Shown here one piece after another: positions 54,201 through 64,000 of a DNA stretch of 64,000 bases (the stretch's first letter is position 1; the number at the start of each line of letters is the position of its first letter). Location of the stretch: NCBI GenBank assembly GCA_963924565.1, contig OZ004607.1, positions 14,012,001 through 14,076,000 on the forward strand, read 5' to 3'. Below the pieces are notes generated by a model. The model made no database searches and had not been told where the DNA came from. It saw only the letters and a list, made by a program, of their open reading frames with translations. The position numbers were made by a program, and so were the translations under genes. The stretch is from Ascidiella aspersa. Taxonomy: Eukaryota.

Positions 54201-57196
54201 AGAACTGGCGATGGAAACCGGACTTGCTACCTCTTACTCCACGCAGCGCCTTTCTCTCTCGCTCGGTAATTATTCAATGCGCCAGCAGCACGTGCGCGCG
54301 CGACTTTCCGTTTTTCATTCATTTCCTACATTGGTAACAGAAGTCCTGCTGTAAAACTGTTCTGATTTTCAGCTGTGTTGTCATATCACTGTAAAAGTTG
54401 TCCCTCAGCAATGTTTTAAGACGCGTCAATGTTCGACGAAGAGATAACAGAAAAACGGGAAAGTTTATAGTGTATTTAAGCTTTTCGATGTACCCGCTTT
54501 AAAATCTTTTCAAAATACTGTATAAAACGGACCGTTTCTTTAGGAATCATGACATCTATCGGACTCTCACTTAGCATTGTACACTGTGCTTGCGCTTGCA
54601 TCACCGCTCATACAACCGGTAACATGAGGGCCACAGACTAAAATTAATCAGAACACACAGTACTGATATAATAGCGCATCAAACTAGTACGACATTTCTA
54701 CCAATTAAAGTGGAAATTCTGAATAGCGCACTGCAAGCCTATGTTAAGTTAAATAAAAGTTGTTTGACAATGGCGGGCTTTAACGATAGTACATCTATCT
54801 ATTTTTGGTAACGTTGGTTGTTGAGCATATTAACAGATTGTATAAAACTATTAAAGGTGGAAAACAAATTAAAATATTTAAATTCATACTGTAGTTAGTA
54901 GGACTAGGAGGTCTACACATTAGACAAACATAAAAAATGCAGACCTAGCCAGATAAGCAATATACCAATAGGCCAATAGGGACAAGCTTAAATAACAACC
55001 CTAATATTTGCTACAAGTTAGCTCCAAACTCCAATCAGGAACTTCTACACATAATAATGCAACAAATTAATTACACATGGCAGTTTAGTACTATTCGAAT
55101 TTTAGGTAGAACAACTTAACAATGCTTTTTTTATTGCGTGTGAAATGTCGAGCCTCGAGATCGAAATTGCAGTGCTTTATGCCACGTGGCGCCCAAATTG
55201 CCAATGAATAAACACTGTTTTTTTTCTCGCAAGTTTACAGTGTTGTAAAGACTTCAGCACTACATTTTTTTTTATATCAATTAATTGATTTGAGTTGCTT
55301 TAAATAATGACCGGAACTTCACTTAAACAATTCGTGACTTCGACTGGGACTTGTTATTTTCCAAATGACTTAGCTGCAGCCTAAGTTGTTTCCAAATGAC
55401 TAGTTTACAACACTTCTAGCTTGGGTGAACATTTTTCGGTATTCGCGTTGTCAGTCAAGAATAAAAATACTTGCATATCCTTCTTTTTTGTTGTATTTGT
55501 CGCAATCTTTTTTCGATATATTGTAGTTATACATTTTCGCTGAAAGTTGCGTATTCAATCATAGCTAACACAAAATATTTAAGCAAAGCAATAACAAGCG
55601 CATTGCCGTAACATGTAAGTTTATAATTTGCTTTATCTGTTTTTGTTCGACCTCGCATGAAACATACGCCTCGAGAATGACCATGATTACTTGTTCTTGA
55701 AGTACTCAAGGAACATCAGTTGGCAGCGACCCACACCAGTATTGCTGCCATTGTTATAAACCAGTTTAACACCACTATGACATTGTTGTTAAATTGCAGT
55801 ACAATTATCTTCAAAAACATTCAAGTGCAGATTAGCAAACAGCAACATTGTGGGCGAGCTAGTATCGGCGACAATAAGTTGACATACAAATGGATCATAC
55901 GGAATCACAAGAGGAATTATTCATTCATCAATATTTTATAATATATTATATAGTCAAGCTGTCAAATGAGCCTTTACTTGAGGATGTTGATCGAGGACAA
56001 ACCCCAAAAGGTAAACATATTTTATTGGTTGAAGTTCTAGGGTTTCACCATGTTTACGCACCAATCAATCGCACGGCTGGCGTCTCGCTTCACTTCAATT
56101 CTAGTGCAAGGTTGATAGGCACTGGGCAACGAAAACGCCCCTTTACAAAAAAGTGCTGACGGCGCATTTATAGTGCGCAAAACTCCGACTCGGTGGCATC
56201 AGGTAACTTTTTGCCGGTAAAAAACACTCATTTTATCTCTTTAATAGTTATTTATAACAAATAGTAACGACTTATGTACCAGCAGTTTTGCCTTCCTTTT
56301 GTGCTTTGAATTGTTCACACAAAGCGCCGCTTTCGAATAAATCAAATTAAATTACGTCAAAAATATTTAATTGCATTTGGACATATGCTATATGTTTTGC
56401 AATAAAACTAAGTACACAAAGCTTGTTTCAATTACCCTATGAGGCTCATGGATACTCATTATAGTCGTCTTGTTTTTCGCTTCAGTAACCAGGGGTTGTC
56501 CCTTTTGAAATGGTGTTGCCCCTTACAAATACCGCTGATTGAGCATTTTAGGCTGGCGCTAAGTGGGCGTTTCGTCACTTTGGTCAGGTTAACCGATTGA
56601 AAACACCAGTAAATAGTCACGTGTTGTTCAAAAATATTTCTGCCGAACATTTTTTCTTTTGTGTAAAAGAATAGTTTTTACCACCCAAATTTTCCATTTT
56701 ACTAGTAGGTAGAGTACCTTTTTTTGTAAACGGGACCCTTTTTTGTAAACTGCTCCCTACTGAACCCCAGCGGTAAACCTTTCACAATGTAAACCTTTGA
56801 TAAACGAGCTTGAGTGAACTCATTCGTATCTTAAAATGTATCATAATAATTCACTTGCAAATCTCTTTTTGGGACATTCACCGAGGATAAACATGAAAAA
56901 AACTAAAAGTCATTTTCGGTGCGTATATATATACAAGTTTTGTGCAAAACAGACATGAGCGTCTTGGTGTGCAATATTTAAACGACAGAAACGTTGTAAC
57001 AAGGCAAAACGGGGCCATGTAATCAACAAAGCAAATTGCAAATATATTTTTTTTCCTGCGCTTATATCGGAATCATTAATATATGTTGGGAATGTAAAGT
57101 TAAATCTAAATTTGTCAAAATTTCAAATTTTTAGGTCAATATTTCCCAGTTTTTAGGTTAAAAAATAATCACCGTAGTTATCAAGTATTGGTTCGT

Positions 57197-57720
57197 TTAA
57201 CATGTTCGTACACCCTGCCAGGCTGGCAGAATCTTGCAAAATTTTTTGTGACACAAAGAAATACATATGGGGTATGCTGAAGTACAGCCTGGGGGACTGG
57301 GGTTGCACATGTCTGCTTTTCTTACTTTAACACTGTTACATAGATAAGCTGTTTTGGGGCGAACTTATGTGCACACATGCAGCAAGTCAGATTGAAAAGC
57401 GAAAAAATAAATCTTAAAATTGGGATAATTTTTTTTGTTTTAAACTGGGAGAAATTTTTAATAAAATAACAGTGTGTCATAATCCAAATTAGTACAAATT
57501 GTTTGCCGAAATTAGAGTCCCATAGTGAAGTGCAACATGCCATAGTATGCATAATATACCTTTTGGCTGAATAGATACAGTTGAAAGAGTCGCGCGAAAA
57601 TTTTTTGCGTTCACGTTTTTGCGTTCAAAACAGCCCAAAATATAGTTTAAGCCTTAGATGGAACAGCATGTACATTCTCGTTATGCCCATGCGATATCAT
57701 ACCTGTCTATTAACAGTAAT
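57197..57720 (+). mobile_element. Dispersed repeat, possibly piggyBac-like non-autonomous element (left part)
   Basis: Begins at TTAA. Segments match the RPS19-intron fragments at 11760-11890 and 7635-7875. Confidence 0.55.
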
Positions 57721-57763
57721 CGCGACTTTTATGATAGTTACACATACTGCATACGTTGTACAG

Positions 57764-57972
57764 CAGGGGTCGACAACTTACTGCCCGTGAATGTAATTTA
57801 TTCGACCCGCAGCCTCTTTGACAAACTAGACACGAGTCCATTTCTCCTACTTTTTGACCATTTTAACTATGTAAGTGCGAAAAATTTTCGCGCTTTGCGT
57901 TAACGATCTTTATACATCAGGTTAGGCCCGCGGGCCGGATCCGGCCCGCGGGCCGTAGGTTGTCGACCCCTG
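57764..57972. mobile_element. hAT MITE with a GC-rich palindromic subterminus
   Basis: CAGGGGTCGACAAC / GTTGTCGACCCCTG, internal palindrome GGCCCGCGGGCCGGATCCGGCCCGCGGGCC, degenerate TSD TTGTACAG/CTGTACAA. Confidence 0.85.
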
Positions 57973-59580
57973 CTGTACAAAATATATGTGTAACTTTTTA
58001 ATTTCTTGTCATATCGCCACGAACCACCTGTGCAGTCGTCGCGGACCACAGTTTGGGAAACCCTGGTCTAACATACATTCACTATAGGAATTTACGTGAG
58101 CATGTGGAAAATTAAACTAAATTAATGACGTAGGTGCATAACTTAAAACTTTAAGGCATATGGCTAACAGCTAACAGGACATATAAAAAGGTTTTTACAT
58201 ACTGGTACAAACTACTCTGCGCTACTGCTAAATAAAATGGCTGACGATTCAACATATAGTTTCATGCATACTAAAACATAACACTGCATCTTGCGGAAAA
58301 ATTAACTTAAAATGCAATACAGATTTCTTGTTAGCTCAACATAAATATGCATACCTAATAAACATACATTATTTCCCAAGGTTATGTTATTACCAGGAAA
58401 AATTCAACTTTCTGCACCAAGACTTTAAATAAACAAATATTTTGCCGCGTATAAAACAGTACAACGCAACAACAACCAATAGCCTTACACAAGAAAGCAA
58501 ATTATTACGTCACAATAAGGTAACAATTGTTGGGCTAACTACTATACAAGGTTGAAATTACGGCAGTTGCCATTTAAGTTTCAATGTTACAAATTACCTG
58601 TGATGCGATTTAGCCAACTCGCAGTTCGCAACATTCGCTGGAACCTGGGGTTGCATCCTGTTCTTGCAACTACTTTAGTTGTTTGCCGAAAACTATGACA
58701 TTTTGTGATAAACCGGGTGAAATATAGGACTTTTGTGATACAACCGGCTGACAAAAATATTGAATCCCACCACTGCATATTACAGTGTTGTTTGTTACTA
58801 TTTTAACTGTTTAAATTTTGCGGAAAGTACTTTTACGTATAGGCCCTTATGTACGTTTAGCGCCCCCCAAATGAGAAAAAGACCCAAAACGCCCTCTTGT
58901 AATTCGTCAACGCTCACAAGGGGGCGGTACCTCTCACGTTTGAAACCTCTAATTTAGAGAAAAGTTATTTGATTGTCTTCTACACTCGCCTCTATCCCGC
59001 CTTAAACTGTTCCTCCAACTCTTCCACAAGCTCTTCAAAGTGTTCCCCCTGCTCTTCATCCAACTATTTCTTCAACTCTTTCACCAATCATGACTTCTAA
59101 TATTTCTCCAAACTCCAACTCTATAACTAATTTCATCAGCTCTTCAACTAATTCTCTTTTGCTTAACTCTAACTTTAACTCACACATTGTGTATAAAATG
59201 ATCGCATCCCTGTCTCAAGTGTCGGAAGTAGCCAACAAGCTTGTTTTAGGCATGTTACCAGCACGTAACGAGTAACCGGTGGTCGGCGTCTTCCACGAAA
59301 GGGTTTAAGTAAAAAGAAAACAGTGAAAAGAAGTGGCATTAAATTGTGACCGTAACGAGTGACCGGTTGTCCTATCACCATCGATAAGAATAAAAGACAT
59401 AGCGACTTTTAGTTTTTTTGTCATCGCTATATTCGCGGTGATGTCAGCTATAGGGCGGACCGCGCAAAACCAACTTAAACCTGATAACAACTTGCCAAGG
59501 TTTTGATAAAGCCTGATTGAAGGATCGGCTAGGTTGCTTAAGTGATGCAGCCTATAAACTTTTTGACAAAATTTGGAACT

Positions 59581-60180
59581 TTCGACGGTTATGAATTTTT
59601 GAAGAAATATTAATAACTTATCCCCAACTAATTGGAGGTCGAGTCATATCTCATTTTGAAGAGTAGACTCGTAGCTATCACCCTATGTAAGTCACTTAGG
59701 GCACATTTTAATTTAAGGGCCGAATATTACTGAATATTACTATTCATAAATATGAAAATAAATATCTTTTTTTTTAAAGTCTGATTGCTGGCTAAGTTAG
59801 GTTGCTTTGAGTGATATGTAAAAATTTTGACTGAAAATCTTCTTTATTTCTCGAGTTATGGGACTTTTGCTTTTTTGTCCGATTTGAAATTATCGACGTT
59901 TATGAATTTTCGAAGAAATATTAATAACTTATCCCCGAATAATTGGCGGTCGAGTTATATCTCATTTTGAAGAGTAGACTCGTAGCTATCACCCTATGTA
60001 AGTCACTTAAGGCACATCCTAATTTTAGGGCCGAATATTACTGAATATTAATATTTATAAATATGAATATTTTTATGTTTTTTTTAAAAAAATGGTCTGA
60101 TTGTTGGCTAGCTTATAGGTTGCCTTGAGTAATGTGTAAAAATTTCTAATCGATATCTTGTTTACTTCCGGAGATATTAC
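59581..60180. repeat. About 310-bp tandem duplication
   Basis: 59581-~59870 and 59893-~60180 share long identical blocks, for example ATATCTCATTTTGAAGAGTAGACTCGTAGCTATCACCCTATGTAAGTCACTTA. Confidence 0.9.
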
Positions 60181-60214
60181 GCAAAGAATTTCGAGCTGCA
60201 AACTTCCCTTTGGT

Positions 60215-60510
60215 GAACAACACCAACATCAGAGTAAAACACAACTCGGAATAAGACCATAATAGGACAAATACCTAATAGTATATTAGTACCTAAATCG
60301 GAATAATAACTAAAAAGTCAGAATCAGGCCTAAACAACACTTTAACTAACCCTAAACCCCACCCATAAGTACATCACTAACTCCCCTAATAATTTCAAAA
60401 CTAACCCATTTTCTAACCCCACCCATTACCCACCAATAACCAGAAACAGGACCAAAAATCTGGCGCCCAAACAGACTAGGGCGTCCAAACGAAGTCACCA
60501 AAACGGCCGA
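60215..60510 (+). repeat. Dispersed non-autonomous element (copy of the 32960-33275 family)
   Basis: Colinear similarity with 32960-33275. Confidence 0.75.
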
Positions 60511-62523
60511 TGCCTGATTGATGACCTCCGATATTGTTGCTTTTTAGGCCTTATTGTGTGTTCTCATATAAACTAAATGCAAATCAATGTAAATAGTATG
60601 TTGTTAATACTAATACGTGAGTGGGGGCGCTTTAAGTTATCCGTTTTAAAGACTTTTTCCGATTACGTTTTGTAAAAAAAACAAGCACAAGAGTTTTACA
60701 GATCTTGTTGATAGATACTCTGTTTATTCGTCAACTGACTTAACGAAACCAAAAAAGCAAAAATAATAATGCCAATACCAAGCCAATTATCTTGCAACGC
60801 GGAATACGAGGCTGAACAACGTTTGACAAAACAGTGTCTGATCAAATTTTAAAGAAGTTTACGACCGCTTGTGAAAAACCAATGTTATTGTAATTAAAAG
60901 CGTAGAGCAGGCCCAGTGTGCATACACTGATGATCAGCCAGGTAACATAGAGGATGTTAACGAACCATTCCTTGAACATCAGAGGTGCGTAGTCCGCTAT
61001 CACCGATTTGATACCACTGTAAAAAAGTGAGGTAATGAATTGTTGGTCTTAAAAAACGCATTTTATCGAAACAATAACTGACGTCTCCTAACTTCTAAAA
61101 TAAGTCATAAAAGTTACTCAACTTCAGGTGTACCGCTAGCATTGATCACATTAGTAACGCTTTTTGTAACACTTAAAATTAAAAACTATAACATAATCCC
61201 AGTATAGTAAATTCTGTTATTCCACATCGTGAGACATAATATCTAAAGTCAGGAAAATGAGTGAAATGACCGCTGCATTGGTTGTACTAATAAACTTTTG
61301 TTTTTCCAGAGAATTCTCAATTTTATTAAAAACGTATATTTAATATCCAGTACAGAAGGTCTACTGAATATTTGTATGGTTTGTTAACTTACTAATGATT
61401 GTGATAGGTCAATAACGTTACTGTAGCAAAGTCAACCACAGGATTTCCAGGGCAAATGAAAGTGCTGGCACATGCTCCCAAGACACCAATAGAAGCCACT
61501 CGATAAGTTGTCCATTTTGAATTGCTTTCCTCTGCCAAAAGTTTATTTTTTTAAACAATGATGAACACAGGGTACAGCAGTGGTGGGTAACCTTTTTTTA
61601 TAGATCCTGCATATGAATCTACATGGTTGCCTATAAAAATGTAATTTTTGCAGAAAAATGATAATTTACAATTATTGACAAAATCAAGCAAAAATTTGAG
61701 CAATTAAACAAAATGAAACAATCCATTGTGCTGTGGGCTCTAAATCGGCGTTAACGCAAACGGCCTTCAACATAATCGCCCTTAAAGTTGCATGACATAG
61801 CGATACATTTTTTTAAGCAACATATTATCAGCCTTTTAAAAAAATTACAAACAAAATCGATGACCTCAATTTAATTTTTACAGTCACAAAAAGCTGCATG
61901 AAATGCCAGAAAACCCATAACATGTTTAAAATAAAATTGCTTACTGATAATAGTAAACTGCTGCAATAAACGAGTGTTTTGCAAACTTTGCGTATAGCCT
62001 ATTATAAAACAGCAAATGTGAAAAAAGCAATGGTGTGTGTTAAAAAAGTAAACCTGTTTGAAAATGAATTTTGCTTTAGAAGGAACTGTTATGTTAAAAA
62101 ATGAATGAAGAGTTATTCGAAACGTTGAAAATGATACCTACTTCTGTACGGCGCTTTAATATTATTATTACGCCTTCTGTTATAATTGCTGCAATAAACG
62201 CATTGTTTGCCAGTTTAATTTTAACTGGTTAAAGACTACTGGTGTTCTAACGGCCATGTAATTCAATTACAACTGCAATAAACCCAATAGTTGCGAAATC
62301 TACTTAAATTTTGCAGGGTTTTACAAAATGAACAGTTCATTATCTTGTGGACTCCTTACTTACTACTATTTCATATTACGTTGTAACATGCTCGTGTAGA
62401 TTTTCTAGCCTCATGAAAGTTTGTTTGCCTAGTGGGGATATATACAATGACTATGAAAAATGAATGTGACAATTTACACGCAAACAAAACTGATGTTATG
62501 GCTTCGTAAACGTTGGACTAGAC

Positions 62524-62812
62524 CAGTAATTCCCAAACTGTGTGCCTTGCGAGATTGTCAAGTGTGCCGCGAAACTTTTTGTAATATCGGAAAAGAGAGT
62601 ATTGTATTACCAATAGGCATACACACATGCATTTAAGACTTAAATACCAACTATTCATTTCAAATTAAGAATTTTGAGACATTTAGATATAGTTTGTCGT
62701 GTGTTAAGGCTATTGTAAAATTATACTCTATTATTGTTCTGTTAAAAGTGTGCCGCGAAAAAGTTAAGATTTTTTTAGTGTGCCCCAAGCCAAAAAAGTT
62801 TGGGAACCACTG
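62524..62812. mobile_element. hAT MITE
   Basis: CAGTAATTCCCAAACT / AGTTTGGGAACCACTG with perfect TSD GACTAGAC. Confidence 0.9.
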
Positions 62813-64000
62813 GACTAGACATTTCTTAAGTAGCTACGGATTTGGTAAATAGAAATCTAATAACATATCATGTGTTTTTGTGCTTTTCGCGGTGATCGGA
62901 GAACATGTGTCCTAAACATTGTAAAATAGAAATGACTATGATTTGTGTCTGGAAGGGCTAACTAAATGCGTCCCAACAATAACATCTAATCGACTAGCGT
63001 GGTATAAAAGAGGGTTTAATTAAATGATTCAACACAATAAGAGGCAAAGAGGATACAACTATGAGTAAGTGGCATATAATCAACTGGTGTGGTATAAAAG
63101 TTTAAAGTCACATGTTACAGCCGATGGTTTAAAAATATTGTGACAATTTAACATGGAACCAATGTTGTGTGATGTTTTTGAAATTGGTACGATTAAATAT
63201 TTGACTGAATCACACAACACTTCAATTGTTTAAACTATATAACGTGATGTTTAAGCAGAAACATAATTCTGGTGCTTAAACTGCTACAAACGAAGAAAAA
63301 TCCACTTAAAAATTCCTTACTGTTAAACTGCTGCAATAAACGCAATATGTTGCATATTCTGTCTAAATTTCGCAGGGTTAAACACACTGTAAGAAGGCTT
63401 TGGCATCAATTACTAAGGTTTGTTGTAGGATATCAGTGTAGGTTTTCTAACGCCTAATTAAGTCATGCATTTAAAAGAATACATAGAGGAATAGACAACA
63501 CTATAAAATATAAGTTGGACGCTTTTTGCAAAAAGAAATAATTGTTTGCAAACAATAATATTGTGAGTTTTGTGTTATTTTCTTAACTCAATAAAAATTA
63601 AACATGGTTTAAAATATTCCGGCTCAAAATGTGACAAAAACATCATTATATATACTTTTTATCTTATCTTAAGGGTATGGAAAATTCTGATTCATTAAAT
63701 TGCAACTTCTTAAACCAACAGCTGCACAGTAAAATTAATTTCAGTTGCAGTTTGCGAGCTAGGACAAAATAAATCTAAAAACATACTTTCCGAGGCAACT
63801 TGATGGCGGAGCTCAAATGAATCCTTGCCACTCATAATAACTCTGTTGCTGGAGGTGGAAAGGCCTGTCACTGGAATTCGCTTCCATGGGAACAATAATA
63901 CTTTGTTTACTGAAAGAAAGTGTACAAAAACATAAACGAACCACAGGTTTACTCTTGATGAATATCACATAATGAAACATCTTATGCAAAACTAATACAT

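Noticed and set aside
1-64000. CRISPR arrays, rRNA genes, prokaryotic operons
   Set aside because: No regularly spaced repeat-spacer arrays or rRNA signatures were seen. The window is intron-containing eukaryotic DNA, and most short ORFs in the track are spurious or partial exons.

Overview
AT-rich eukaryotic (animal) genomic DNA with GT-AG introns and dense small DNA-transposon relics. The architecture would fit a marine invertebrate chordate such as an ascidian, but that is inference only. I assembled three spliced minus-strand genes by hand with consistent exon phases: RPS19 (4 coding exons, 154 aa, plus a 5'TOP non-coding exon), DLAT/PDC-E2 (11 exons, 646 aa) and an SLC4A11-like transporter (23 exons, 884 aa). 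Between RPS19 and DLAT lies the most unusual element, an intronless plus-strand ORF (17446-18345). It encodes a GT-A/DUF1647-like glycosyltransferase domain of a type I associate with bacteria, algae and giant viruses. The domain is fused to an AT-rich type II membrane-anchor segment that lacks an in-frame ATG, which makes it a candidate horizontally acquired, domesticated gene. The rest of the window holds many Buster-type hAT MITEs with nnnTAnnn target duplications, hAT transposase and LINE remnants, foldback elements, an inverted tRNA-derived pair, a 99-bp LINE-derived hairpin and a long structured TE-free intronic segment in SLC4A11. All family assignments come from motif recognition; no database searches were run.
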